Below are positions 25,899 through 40,429 of a stretch of DNA of 64,000 nt, piece after piece. Origin of the DNA: Mobula hypostoma (lineage: Eukaryota); assembly GCF_963921235.1 (NCBI RefSeq), contig NC_086097.1, forward strand, positions 124,000,001 to 124,064,000, written 5' to 3'. Numbering within the stretch: position 1 is the stretch's first letter; each line of letters starts with the position of its first letter. The notes beneath the pieces are model-generated. The model saw only the letters and a list, made by a program, of their open reading frames with translations. It was not told the origin of the DNA and ran no database searches. Both the position numbers and the translations under genes were made by a program.

Positions 25899-28149
25899 GT
25901 GAGGAAAACATTTCTTAAAGTAGCGGTGGGCTGAGATGGTTCTGCGGTTTGTGTCGGTTCAGAAGCTTCTGCGGGGCTGGGAGTTGCGGACTCTTCACCG
26001 GGATGCCTTAGTGGCATGAGGCTGTGATAATGATGTGAGCTATAGAGTAATACCGTACTGAAATATGTACTGTACTTCGACTCATGATGCCTGTTCCTAA
26101 TCCCTAGCATTTTGTGTGTGTTGCTCCAGGTCTCCAGTATCTGCAGAATCTCTTGTGTACAAATTATAACCATTAGTGATTGAAAAATATCCCACCTTGA
26201 TTCTCCTCCAAATCTTGTAACTCCTTTCTTAAATATATCCTTTTCTGTGATTGGTATCTCTGCCAAAGGGAAACATTTTCCATAATATACCCAATTTATG
26301 CTTCTCATAGTTTTGCATAGTTCAATTTGGATCTCCTTCAGGCGTTGCTGTTCAAAGAAAACGAGCCTAGCTTATCCGATGTCTCCTCATAGCCCATAAC
26401 AACATTCTGGTGATCTGGTGCAATTGCATTTTTCCCAAAGTGTGGTGATGAGAATTGCACGTGTATTCAGCTGTGGGTTAGCTAATATTTTATAAAGATT
26501 TTTTTACCATCATCCCTCTCTGCTTACATTCTGTGTCTCAGATAATGAGGACAAGAAGATGTACACCATATCTGCCTGCTGCTAACTTTGTGGATTCTTG
26601 GATTTGTACATCAAAATCCCTTTGTTCCTTGTTACATTTTAGGGTCCCAACATTCATTGTATGTATCCTGACTTTATTGGTCCTCTGAAACAGCATTGCC
26701 TTGCAGTTTTTTGGGACTAAATTCCATCTGTTATTTCTCTGTCCATTTGCTAAATTATTATAATCATAACTACCCTGTCAATCAAAAAATCTGCATTTGG
26801 TGGTAAACTTAGTAAATATAATATTTAGTAATTTCTGAAATTTAGTGGTCACACCTCCTGCATTTACATCCAACTAGTTAAGTAATTAATTTGGAGATAC
26901 AGCAAGATAACCGGACCTTCTGGCCCAGCTAGCCCATGCTGCCCAATTACCCATGTGACCAATTAGCCTACTAACTTGGAATGTGAGAGGAAACCAATGC
27001 AGTCATGGGGAGTATGTATAAAGAACAGCGGCAGGAATTGAACCCGGGTCACTGGTACTGTGATAGCATTATGCTAACTGTTACGCCTCCCATATAACAA
27101 ACTGTGGGGGTTCCACTATTGATCTCTATGTTAAATATATACTGCATTAGCTTTATTTGTCACACGTACAGTGAAATGCGTTGTTTTGCGTCAGCAACCA
27201 GCACATTTGAATGATTGCGCTGGGGGCAGCCCACAAGTGTTGCCATGCTACCGGCACCAACATTGCATGCTGACAACTCACTGACCCTTGCTGTGCGTCT
27301 TTGGAATGTGGAAGGAAACCGGAGCACCTGGTGTGAACCCTCACATCACAGAAAGAACGTGCGCACTCCTTATAGACAGCGGTGGGATTCGAAGCCCAAT
27401 CAGTGATCGACAGCGCTGTAAAGCGATTGTGCTAATAACCATTGTGCTACTGTGCTGCCACTGCACAATTGATCACAGGTTACCAGTCACAAAAAAAAAA
27501 CAACTCTCAACCATTATGCTCCCAACACCAAGCCAATTTTTACAAATTGTTCCAGGACTGCTGCCCCATTTGGCCTTGGTTATATTAGCCAGTTTTAGTT
27601 TTCCAATGTAGACAAGGGCAGATGGAGCTAGGCTGCTATTACTGAGCCTGACCTTGGTGATATTGGGTACCAATTGGACATTAGTAAATGTTACACTACT
27701 CTCTAATATTAAGCTAAGTTAATTATAAATTAAACTGATGTAATCTGACTTTAATTCCAAATGTATGTTATATTTTGAAAGACTGCTAGTTTCAGATTTT
27801 GAATTTGAAAGAAGACAAGTGAAGTTTCTCCTAGTATTCTGGCCAAATTTAGTTCTGAAACTATTAAATGGATCATTTAGTTATTTAACCCGTTGATGTT
27901 TACAGGAGATTTTTTGGTAAAATTTGGCTGCAATTCTTCCAACACTTTAATACTTTAAAAAAAATTAAATATAAATATAATAGAATATACGTTGCTTTGG
28001 GGTATCAATCTTAGGATTAGGGACTTTCATTCCAATTTCTCAGTGGCTTAATGAATATGGTTCAATTGTTTTTTTTAATTAGATGCTTGCAACTAATATT
28101 TGTTTTCAGTTAGGAATTTTTAACAGGTTGCATCAACAGCTCTTAAGTA

Positions 28150-29410
28150 TTGAATTGACTTTATTTCTTACATCCTTCACATACATGAGTAAAAATCTGT
28201 CTAAATGTGCAATTTATAGTAACTTGTAATAAGTAGCATGTACAACAGGACAGTCGATATAGCATAGAAATACAATTATATCAGTGTGAATTAATCAGTC
28301 TGATGGCCTGGTGGAAGAAGCTGTCCTGGAGCCTGTTGGTCCTGGCTTTAATGCTGTGGTACCGTTTCCCAGATGGTAGCAGCTGGAACAGTTTGTGGTT
28401 GGGTGACTCGGGTCCCCAATGATTCTTCGTGCCCTTTTTACACATCTGTCTCTGTAAATGTCCTGAACAGTGGGAAGTTCACATCTACGGATGCGCTGGG
28501 CTGTCCGCACCACTCTCTGTGGCCTCCTGCAGTGATGCAGCCAGTCAGGATGCTCTCAATTGTGCCCCTGTAGAAAGTCCTTAAGATTTGGGGACTTGTG
28601 CCAAATTTCTTCATCTATCTGAGGTGATAGAGATGCTTTTGTGCTTTTTTCACCACACACCATACAGACCATGTGAGATCCTCGGTAATGTGTATGCCAA
28701 GGAACTTAAAACTGTTTACCCTCTCAACCCCAGATCCATTGATGTCAATGGGGGTTAGCCTGTCTCCATTCCTCCTGTAGTCCACGACCAGCTGCTGTGT
28801 TTTTGCGACATTGAGGAGAGGTTGTTCTCTTGACATCATTGTTTCAGGGTGATGACTTCCTGTCTGTAGGCTGCCTCATTATTATTTGAAATAAGGCCAA
28901 TGAATGTGGTACCGTCAGCAAATTTAATTAGCACATTGGAGCTGTGGGTGGCGACACAGTCATTGGTATACAGAGAATAAAGGAGGGGCTTAGGATACAG
29001 CTCTGAGGGGCTTCTGTGTTGAGGGGCAGAAGTGAGGAAGCCCACTCTTACCACATGCCTGCGATCCCAGGATTCAGCTGCACAAGGCAGGGTGAAGGCC
29101 GAGGTCGCTGAGCTTCTTGTCGAGCCTGGAGGGAATTACGGTGTTGAATGCTGAACTGTAGTCCAAGAACAACATTCTCACGTAAGCATCCCTCTTCAGA
29201 TGTGTAAGGACAGTGTGTAGAGCTGTGTCTATTGTATCATCTGTTGATCGGTTGTGTCAGTAGGTGAATTGTAGCGGGTCCAGTGTGGGTGGTAGCAAGC
29301 TGCAGATGTAGTCCTTGACCAGACTCTCAAAGCATTTACTTATTGAGCTGAGTGCGACAGGACACCAGTCATTCAGACATGTTACCTTGGTCTTTTTAGG
29401 TACAGGAACA
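28150..29410 (-). mobile_element. Rex/Babar-like LINE (RT C-terminal part and 3' end)
   Basis: ORF fragments LLYSLYTNDCVATHSSNVLIKFADGTT and VNSFKFLGIHITEDL. Confidence 0.85.
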
Positions 29411-30107
29411 ATTTTAATACCTCATATAAATCTCACAGAATTTTCAAATCTTTAGTTTTGAATAGAATTTGAATATTTTTATTGTTGATTCCAATAAACT
29501 GGATAAGTTAACAACCCCAACATAGTATATTACTGGTTTTGTTCTAATGTATTTATCATGTACCAATCAACATTCTACCTTAAACCAAGAGAATTACTGG
29601 GTTTTTTGTAGATGCAATAAATTGTACAGTTACTAGAGACCTTGAGCAAGATGTACAAAATGCTGGAGGAACTCAGCAAGTCAGGCTGTGTCTATGGAGG
29701 GGAATAAATAGTCGACATTTCAGGCTGAGACCCTTCATCGGGAGTCTTAGTTCTTAGAAGCAGCTTTGGAAGATATAGAGTTTTATCTTTCTCCTGTCAT
29801 TAATCTTTTTATACTTTTCTATTAGTTATATAATGCCGATACCAGTGGAATTTCTTTTTCTACTGATATCATTTGGAGCCATTGTTTTCAAATTCTTATC
29901 TATGTTTATATCTTGTTGTTGTATTTATCTTTGTGATGATTGCTCCAGTTAAACTGTGTGACCCTGTGAGTAAGGGAACACTTTTCTTGCATTTGTATTG
30001 ATTAATTTCACAATGATCCCTTTCCTAAGAGTGACAATTCTACCTGTGTTTTGCCACCTCAGAGATTTTTAATACTGCTTAATTTGGGTGCTTGACTTCT
30101 GGCTTAA

Positions 30108-30215
<108 letters not shown>

Positions 30216-31078
30216 TGATGAACTTAATATCAACATTTTTATTTTACTACAGTAAAGATTATAGTGAGATGAAGCTGGTGTTTTTATGTACTTAATTCAC
30301 CTCTGAAACTCATACTAAATCAAGAAGCTTCAAGTGGTTTAAAGGATAAATGAAAGATGCTGTATCTGTCACATTAAATGCACCTGATTCAAAATGACAG
30401 GATTTGGATACCTAGATCTCACTCTTAATATGTAATACCTTTTACTGGTACAACTTTCTTTTCCTCTTTCTTCACATGGAGTAAGCGTGTTCTGAAATGT
30501 TTTTAAGTCGTTCGGTTAGTTTTTGTTTTGAACTACTTCGTGAGAATACGGGCATAATGTAATATGGGGACCACGGACCCCTATGTTAATGGTCGGAGTC
30601 CATGGCATGAAAAAGGTTGGGAATCCCTGCTAGTATTCAGCACCAATGTCCAGAGTACCCGCAAAGATGCACCTCATCACTTGGCATTACCTACAATCTT
30701 GCCAAGTTCAGCTTGCTTTGTGTTTTTTTAAAGTTGTACATTCTGCATTCTTATCCATTAGTTTTCCTATCTTTGGTCTAGCATGCCAAAATGGGGATAT
30801 CACTATTCTGGAGTAGAAGACAGGAACTTGCAGCTTTAAGTTGCCTGTCTTAACTAAAGGTTTTGGACTAATACTGAGCAGTAAAGGGATATAGGAATGG
30901 TGTGTTTGCAAAGAAGTGACATATGATTAAGTTAAATGACTGGCTTAATGATATAGAAGGTAACTAGGGATGTACTGTAGTGCAGTGAAAAGTAGGGATG
31001 CAAAGTGGCAGAGACAATTCATGATCTTATATATATCATGAATGGCTATTTCATTTTAATTTAGGTTTCCAAAATCAT

Positions 31079-31175
31079 AGCATTAACAGGAAAAGTGTAA
31101 ACTCTTGTCTTTGGTTTCAGTGGAAATGCCCCACTGAAACCAAAGACAAGAGTTTACACTTTTCCTGTTAATGCT
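31079..31175. repeat. Perfect 45-bp inverted repeat with 7-nt spacer
   Basis: 31079-31123 is the exact reverse complement of 31131-31175. Confidence 0.95.
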
Positions 31176-33782
31176 GTGTTTTCTACTCAGTATTGCTGTT
31201 GATGACAAGTCTTGAAATGTGGCAGGGTTGTTAATAAAATGAGGTGGTACTGCTGCGGTTGATAGGTGCTACAGATACTACTTATGGAAAAAAAATGGGA
31301 GCCCATGAGGATTATAAAGAAGCTAGAAAATAACTCGAACATTAGGAGAGCCGGGGAGGATGAAAAGGAGAATGGTTGAAGAGAATCCTATCACATTCTG
31401 TACATGCATCCTCCTTCCAGATTGTTACTATATATCAGGTACAGTTGCAGGCCCAGCATCGACCCACTGTGGGCTTCCCACTAACTGCCAACCACCAAAG
31501 CGTCCATTTATCCTAACTATTGGGTTAGAATAAATCCTCTATCCATGCTAATATATTACTCCCAATCCATGCATCCTTATCTTGTGGACAAGTCCTTTTT
31601 TGCACCTGGAATTACCAGGATGTCGCCTAGATTAGAGGATATGTGCTATAGGGAGAGCTCGGATATACTTGGGATTGTTTTATCTGGAGCAGTGAGAGAT
31701 CGGGGAGACCTGTTAGGGGTTTATAAGATTGAGAGAATAAAGTCAGATTCTGTTTCTTGGGGTCAAAATGTCTAATAGAGGACGTGCATTTAACCTGGTT
31801 GGGGAGGGGTGGGGGGAGTTCAAAGCTGATGTGTAGACAAGTTTCTTTTACCAGACAATGGTGGGTGCCTGGAATGTGCTGCCTGAGGTGGTGGTGCATG
31901 CAACTATGATGAAGGCACTTAACAGGTTGTTAGATACAGACACTCTCTTGCGTAGAGTATGGAGGGATACGGACATTGTGTAGGCAGAAGGGATTAGTTT
32001 ATTAGGCGTTTGATCTCTAGCTTAATTAGGTACAAAATCATGGGATGAAGGGCTTCTTCCTGTGCAGAACTGTTCCATGTTCTAAAGACTACCAAAAAGA
32101 TGAGGAGAGTGTAAAATTAAAAGAAAATGTAAAGACTGGTGCAAGTCCTGACAACAGTAAATGGGGGGGGAACATTGACAGAGCTACAATTGGGTGAAAC
32201 GTAAAGGAAACATCAAAGGGATATCAAGAATATCACATATCCTTTCTAATTACATTATAAAAACAATAGTGATCAGGACCAAAGTGCTCCATTAAATGAT
32301 AATGATATTGTAGAGAAAAGTAAATTAAGTGGTGAATTTTACTTTGATATTTATAGTAAAGAAAGAGGAGTTTAGGTGTACTGGTGAAAGCCAATTCCCA
32401 TTAATATCAGAAAATTAAGACTGAATCGATGTTTCTATAAAAATAGTGATGCAAAAAATCCAATCAAATAAAGGCGCTAAATGATCAGATGATTTCCAGG
32501 CTTCAAAAGGAAATGAGTGACTGAATCTCCTAGACTATGTTGATTCAGAAACTGCTCCTTCATATTTGGAAAATGACATATGAAGGAGTGAAATTATAGG
32601 CCATTTAACCAAACATGTTGAAAAATTGCTGGATCTGGTGATAGTTTGGGACATAGAAATCAAATACTTAGAAAATATTCAGTTGATTAAGAATCACAAA
32701 AAAGGGAAGGAATGGTTGAAAAATCTTTTTGTTTCCCAGTGGGTACTAAAGTTGTGGACAGGTGGACATTGTAAGGATCACTGGAAGGTATTTGACAAAA
32801 GTTGAGGTTAATTTGGAACACTCTTTGCCTGCCAAGGGGAATTAATACTTTTGCTATAATTTTAGGTTCAGTGTTAACAGAAGCAAAGCTGTTACGGGAA
32901 ATAGAGTTGGATCAGCCGTGATGTCCTTTAGTTAAAGTACGAAGTAGTTCTTGCATTCCCGTGTTCCACTGGGATCTACTTCAACAAGCTCCTACTTGGT
33001 CACTGACTTTTATAGATCTACTGGATCTAACAATTAGAACCATAGAATGTTTTCAAAGCTGCATAATCCTGTCCTGAAAAACCAAACACTCTGTGTCTGA
33101 TGATACCACTGATAAGTTTTCCAAACAACTTTTCCCAGATAACTTGTGAAATCCAAGCTTAAAATTCTGGTCATTATTCCCACTATACATCCAGTAAAAG
33201 AAACCTGAATAGGTTATCCTGCACATAAATTTTTACTTCCTCCACTAATCTTCTTGTAGCAATAATTATTATGCAAGTGATTTAAAACTAACTTATTTAG
33301 ACATTTGTGACTGGAGTTTAATAAATTCTAATACTTTTGTACTAATATCAATCTGTTTTGTCTTGACTATAATGCCCACAATAATATTTATTTCATAAAG
33401 CCAATCAATTCTGAAGTTCTTAGCAATGCTGGTCTGTTTAATGCTTTGTCGTGAGGGTTTATAAAACAAACTTTTTAGAATTTTTTATTATATTTTTGCA
33501 AACTGTAAAGCAGCTTTAGAGTACTTTGTTTATAGCAAATATTTCTCCTTAATACCAGAGTTTAAAATGGACACCAATATCAATGACGAAAAATGTGCCA
33601 GTGTAGACTGGCAGTAATTCTCCAGCAAATTTCCACGCCATTCCTCCAGCTACATAACCTTTATCAAAAAGTCCATGTTTCTCCCTTTAGCAGATAAATA
33701 TACACAAGTAGTTAATTAGATAATGTTGACACAAATGTAATTTAGTGGTGTTAAACAATGAGATGTTGTTTACTTATTTCAG

Positions 33783-33875
33783 AGTGTCACACTGAAAATG
33801 AAATTAAAGCAAGAGATCCGATCCGATGCCGAGAATGTGGTTACAGAATAATGTACAAGAAGAGAACAAAGAGAT
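33783..33875 (+). CDS. POLR2K: POLR2K coding exon 2 (zinc ribbon)
   Basis: Encodes [31 protein letters not shown]. Confidence 0.98.
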
Positions 33876-36800
33876 GTATCCTTTAGCGTGTGGTATACAA
33901 TATAATTTTAATAATGCTTAAGTGTTCTGCTCAATTTACAAAGTTAGTGTATTATTTATGATGATGCAAGCTGGACTTTTATTGTTAGAGTCACTTTTGT
34001 CCTGCAGATGATTGTACTAACATCTAAACCTAGGAATATCCAGCAGCCATTCCTGCCCTTGTGACTGCCAAGTCTCAGTAATGACCACAATGTTGTAGTT
34101 CCACATACTGACCCATGCTCTAAATTCATCATCCGTGTTCCTGGTGCTTTTCACATTAAAATAGACATATTTCAACTCATCTCACTGACTGCTATTTTGC
34201 TGTATCGACTGTGATCCTTTCTCACAGTCTCCTTACACATTACACCAACTGCCTCATCTTCTGACTTGTCACTCTGGTTCCCATCTAGACAGACCTTCCT
34301 CAGAAGAGATCCTAGTGATCCACAAATCTGAAGCCCTGCCCCCTACATCCCTTGCACCAATTGTTCATCCACGCAATCATCTGTCAAAACATACTATTAC
34401 TTCACTGGAACATGGCAATCCAGAGGTGACCAACCCTGATGTTCTGCTTTGCAGCTTCCTACTCGGCTCACTATATTCTCCCTTCAGGGCCTCATCCCTT
34501 TTGCTACCTATGTTATTGGTATTAATATGTGCCACAACTTCTGACTGCCTTCCCCCTAAAAAATGCTGCCGACCTCATCTGAGATGCCTCTGGCCCTGGA
34601 ACCTAGGAGGCAAATACCATGTTTTTACATCTAAAGAATCTCCTGTCTGATCCCTGAATGATTGAAACCCCTATCACCATTGTTCTCCTATTCTTCCCCC
34701 TTTTCTTCTGAGCCACAGAGCTAGACTGAGTCCCGGAACTAGATGCTGTGACTTTCCCCAGGTAGGTTATCCACCCCAACGGTATACAAAGCGGTATACT
34801 TATTATTGAGGGGAATAGGCACAGGGATATTCTTCACTAACTGCCTATAACCTTTCCCTCCTGATGTTCACCCAGCTAACTGCCTCTGCCTACTTAGGGG
34901 TCACTAACACTCTGTAGCTCCTATCAACTCTTCATTCTCCTGAATGAGCCGAAGTTCATTCAGCTCCGGTTCTCCAGCACAGTCTGTAAGGAGCTACACC
35001 TAGATGCACTTCTTGCAGATGTAGTAATCAAGGAGATTGGAGTTCTTCCAGATCTCCCACAACTTGCATAAGAAGCACACCACTGACCTGGAATCTAATC
35101 TTACTCTTCTGGATCAGCACTAATAAGGAAAGGGACAGAAACGCAACCAAGCCTGTCCTTGCTGAAGCCTTCTTGCTCTAACACTGGCCCACTCCCACAA
35201 TAGCCGCTCCTCTTAAACCTAACTTTTTATTAGCTCTTGCCAGGTGCCTATTAATCCGAATAATCTCAATTCTCACAGAAAGTCCTGACAGATCCTAGTT
35301 GCTTTTTAAATCTGATGCTTTAAATATACCACTTATTTGTCACATTCATCATCACTCCCCTTCCCTACCTGATGCAACCTGCCTGTTTTTTTACACCCTC
35401 CTCTGTCAATCCATCAGTTTGATGATCTGTCTCACTACTCCCCTTCTCTTTGTACTGGCCACCTCACATCTCCAATCAATCCTAATTCAAAACATTGACA
35501 ATCCCTTGCCTTGTACAGATGCTGCTCGACCTGCTGAGTTCCTCCAGCAGATTGCAGTACCTCTTGTGTCTCTCTTGCTTTCTGCTCTTCTGACCAGAGT
35601 TGATCATTTCCCTCCATTGATGATGCCTGACTGGCTGAGTTTCACCAGAATTTTATGTGTTGCTCTGGTGCGGCGTATAAGACCATATGATATAGGAGCA
35701 GAATTAGGCCATTTCGCCCAGCGGTTTTTGGTCCACCTTTCCATCATGGCTGACTCATTAACCCTCTCAACCCAATTCTCCTGCCTTCTTCCTGTAATCT
35801 TAGACACTCTGGCTAATCAAGAACCTACCAATTTCTGCTTTAAGTAGGCTCAATGACTTGGCCTCTACAGCCGTCTGTGGCAATGAATTCCACAGATTCA
35901 CCACCCTCTGGCTAAATAAATTGCTCCCCTTGTCTAAATAGACATCCCTCTGTTCTGAAGCTGTGCCCTCTGGTCCTAGACCCTGATCTAGGCCTTTCAA
36001 CATTCAATAGGTTTCAATGAGATGCCCTGTCATTCCTCTAAACAGCAAGTACAGACCCAGAGCCATGAAACACTCCTTGTATGCTAACCATATAACATAA
36101 CAATTACAGCATGGAAACAGGCCATCTCGGCCCTTCTAATCCATGCCTTTTCATTCCCAGAGTAATAGAACATATCACAGTACATCACAGGAACAGGCTC
36201 TTTGGCCCACACTGTTATTCTAAACCAATTAAATTAGTGATCAAATGGCTAACTAAATTATTAATCACTTCCACCTACACGAATGCCCATAACTTTCTAT
36301 TTTCTCACATTCATGTGCCTATCTAGACATCTTTTAAAAGTCTCTAATGTTTCTGCCACTATCACCACCCCAGGCACTGCATTCCAGACGCTCACCAATC
36401 TGTGTAAAATAACTTGCCCCTCACATCTCCCTGGAAATTACCCCCTCTTGCCTTAAGTGCATGTCCTTGGGTATTAGACATTTCAATGCTTGGGTGGAAA
36501 AAGATATTGGCTGTGTACTATATCTATGCCCCACAATCTTGTAATCCTTTCAGATTTCCCTTCAGCCTCTGCTGCTCTGGAGAAAATAACCAAATTTTGT
36601 CTAACCTCTTGAAAATGAAGCTCAGGGTTGTATATGGTGACATATGTGTACTTTGATAATTTAATTTAATTTCACTTTACCTTTACTTGTAGCCCCTGCC
36701 CTCTAATCCAGGCAACATCCTGGTAAACTTCTTCTGCACCCTCTCCAAAGTCCCTTTGCTCAACACAGTTCAGTATCTTGCCCTGAACAGTGTACTCTGT

Positions 36801-38637
36801 GTTTGCATTTGACCTACCAAGTTGCAACACTTACATTTGGTCGGCTTAAACTCCATCTGCCATTTTTCCGTCCATATCTGCAACTAATCTATATCCCCTT
36901 TGTATTCTTTGCCAGTCATTAACACTATCCACAACACCGCTAATCTTCATATCATCTGCAAACTTACTAACTCACCCATCTACATTTTCATCCAGGCCAT
37001 TTATATACATCACAAACAGCAGAGGTCCCAGTACAGATCCCTGCAGAACATCACTAATGACAGCTAGAATAAGTCCTTTCGACCACTACCCTCGGTTTTC
37101 TACGGGTAAGCCATTTCTCAATCCAAAAAGTTAATTTACCTTGGATCCTTTGCATTGTAATCTTCTGGATGAGTTTACAATGAGGGACTTTACTAAACGC
37201 CTTATTAAAATCCACGTAGACAACATCCACAGCTGTACCTTCATCAGTCACCCTTGCCACTTCGTCAAAATCTCAATCTAGTAGGTAAAACACAACTTGC
37301 TTTGCACAATTATACCGGTTCTCCCTAATTAGGCCATGGATTTTCAAATGCTCATAAATTGTATCCCTAAGAATTCTCACCAGTAACTTCCCTATCACTG
37401 ATGTGAGACTCACTGGCCTATAGTTTCCAAGATTATCCCTTGTTCCCTTCTTGAATAATGAAATAATATTAATTATGCACCAGATCTTTGGGACCTCACC
37501 TGTGGCTATAGAGCACACAAAGATACTGATGAAGGCCCCAGCAATTTCTTCTCTTGCCTCTGTAACCTGAGGTATATCTCATCAGGTCCCGGGGTCTTAT
37601 CCACCTTAATACTCTTTAAGGGACCTAGTACTACCTCCTCCTTTACCTCTAAATACTCTGGCATATCAATGCTAGTCTGAAAATCCAAGTAAACAACATC
37701 GACTGACTCAGACTTTTGTCCATACTACCTGTTATTTTCAAAAGATTTGTCAGGCAAGATTTCCCCTTAAGGAAACCATGCTGACTGTGGTCCATTTTAT
37801 CATGTGCCTCCAAGTACCCGAAACCTGAACCTCAATAATGGAATCCAGCATCTTCCCAACCGCTGAAGTCAGGCTAAGTGGCCTATAATTTCCTTCCTTC
37901 TGCCTCTCTCCTTTCTTAAAGAGTGGAGTGACATTTGCACTTATTTAGTCCTCTGGAACCATGCCAGAATCTAGTGATTCTTGAAAGGTCATTACTCTTG
38001 GCTCCATAATCTCTTCAACTATCACTTTTAGAACTTTGGGTTGTAGTCCATCTGGTCCAGGTGACTTGTTTACCTTCTGATCTTTCGGCTTCCCAAGCAC
38101 CTTCTCCTTAGAGGTCAAATGCACTCTCTTCTGCCCAACTTTCTCAAATTTCTAGCGTACTGCTAATGTCTTCCACAGTGAAGATTGATGCACAGTACTT
38201 ATTAAGTTCATCTGCCATTACTTCATCTCCGACTACTATCCAACATCATTTTTCAGTGGACCAATAACCACTCTCCTCTTTTACTCTTTATATCTGAAAG
38301 AATTTCCGGGTATCCTCTTTTATGTTATATCGAGCTTACTTTTTGTATCCCTTTTTTTTTCCTTGTGGCTTTGTTTAGTTACCTTCTGTTGGTTTTTAAG
38401 AGCTTCACAATCCTCTAACTACCCACATTTTTTGTATTATATGCTCTCTCTTTTCCTATTATGTTGTAAGTTTTCCCAAATGAAAGTTAGTTTTACCAGA
38501 TTGGAATTAGATTCTTCACTTGTGGAACACTGTAGGGATACTTATAGATCATGAGTGTTAGAAAAGAAACTCGTTACTTTTTTAAAATAATAGCTTCATT
38601 ATTTATACTTTTTTTTCCTTAACCTGAATATTCACAG
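33876..38637 (+). other. POLR2K: U12-type (minor spliceosome) GT-AG intron of POLR2K
   Basis: 5' splice site GTATCCTTT; branch site TTCCTTAAC at 38615-38623; 3' splice site CAG at 38635-38637. Confidence 0.93.
34300..38440 (-). mobile_element. Cluster of degenerate CR1-type LINE fragments (ORF1/5' region, RT, 3' ends)
   Basis: Fragments such as NYRPVSLTSVIGKLL and AVDVVYVDFNKAF, plus several CR1 3' ends. Confidence 0.7.
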
Positions 38638-38660
38638 TGGTTGTTTTTGATGCCCGATGA
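38638..38660 (+). CDS. POLR2K: POLR2K last coding exon
   Basis: Encodes (L)VVFDAR*; total CDS is 61+93+23=177 nt. AATAAA at 38815-38820. Confidence 0.96.
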
Positions 38661-40429
38661 ACTTTTTCTCTAAAGCATTTACTCCTAGTTCTTGTTTCTT
38701 TCAAAATCTAACTTCTAAATTTCAGGAGAGAAGCCTTTTAAATTTACTACATTAGAATTAAACATTTATTGTATTTCTTGAATGTTTCAAATTGTACAGT
38801 GTTTTATTTGATAAAATAAATGTGATATTGGAACAATCACTGAATAATCAACTACTCTGTACTTTTCCATTCAAGATTAAAGATTAGCTTTATTTGTCAC
38901 ATGTACATAGAAACAGACAGTGAAATGTGTGGATTGCTTTAACAACCAACATAGTCCATAGAGTTGCTGGGGACATTCTGCAAGTATTGCCACACTTAAG
39001 GCGCCAACATAGATAGCATACCCACAACTTACTAACCCTAACCTATATATCTTTGGGATGTGGAGGAAACCCATGCATAGCCATGATGAGAAATAGACAC
39101 TGATCTTTACAGCTGCTGCTGTAAATCATTGTGCTGACCGCTGTGCTTCCATGCCACTTTTAAGTATTTCAACATAAAAATATTGCCCTTGTGTTTAGTC
39201 TCAACAATGTGCTGATGGAAAGATGTATAACCTTACTACGCATTACCGGGATAAGTTCAAGCCCACCATCCAGGCATTGCACTCTTCTCGCTACTATCAT
39301 CAGCTAGGAGTTAGAAGAACCTTCAGTCCCTCACCAGCAGGTTCAGGAACAGTAATTGCCCTACAACCATCAGGCTCCTGAATCAGCATTGGTCTTATTT
39401 TTCTTTCGACACTATTCTTTTGCCTTCTCCCCATCGTCCTTTACTCCCTTACCAACCAAAAACCACATTGATATCTGCCCACAGATTCACTCCCCTTTGG
39501 TTGAATCACCATCCTCCGATCACTTTTAAAGGGACATCCCTTTATTCTGAGGCTGCGTCCTTAGATCCTAGGCTCTCCTAATAGCTTCAAGTTTATTTAA
39601 TGTCATTTCCAGTTCATAAGTGTAAAGGAGAATGACTAATTGTTACTCTAGATCTGATGCAGCAGGAAAAAACTAATAAAGAACACAATAATAAAAAATA
39701 CAATAAACATATAAGATAGCTTTCTACAATCAATATATGTATGTCCATAAAGTGATGTTAGGCACAGGAGTGTTTGTACATAAGATAAATGACAGGAAAT
39801 AAAGTTGGTGGAGTGAAGCAAAACTTCTCCAGATCCACTGTACCCAGGTCTTCAAGTTTAATTGTCATTCAACCATTCACATTTATAGAGCTAAATGAAA
39901 CATCGTTCCTCCAGGGGCCAAAGGACATAGTATGATTCAGCACATACAGTCACAAAATAACATCATCACAAGTCCCTGAGTGCCATGGACTGGAGACTGA
40001 TGGTACATGGGATGTTGTCCTGGAGACATGTTACTTCAAGAAAAACTGCACAGCAATTCCTCATCTCCTGCTGGGTCAGCTGCGAACAAAGGCAAATCCA
40101 CTTGTCTAATGCTGGATCAGCCACAGACGAAGGCAAATAAATCAGAGTAATGCAGTCATTCAATCCTCTTTTGACCATGAAGATTAGAAAACATCTCCAT
40201 CCATACTAAAAACTTCCATAAGCTTTGATTCTTCCAAAATGCATGCTGTTATTTATCTATTTCTGCATTTTTTATTCCATATCTGTACTTTAACTTCTAA
40301 CTTTATTTTGTTTATATACAATGGATTCAAATTAATGTGGCCAACGGTTAATAGGGCAGCTGCTCATTTGTGACCATTCTTAGAACAACATTCTAACAAA
40401 AACAGTAGACACAAACAAATCGAGAAAAC

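Noticed and set aside
25533-26308. Minus-strand ORFs over the POLR2K CpG island
   Set aside because: No recognisable homology; GC-rich promoter sequence is depleted of stop codons by chance.
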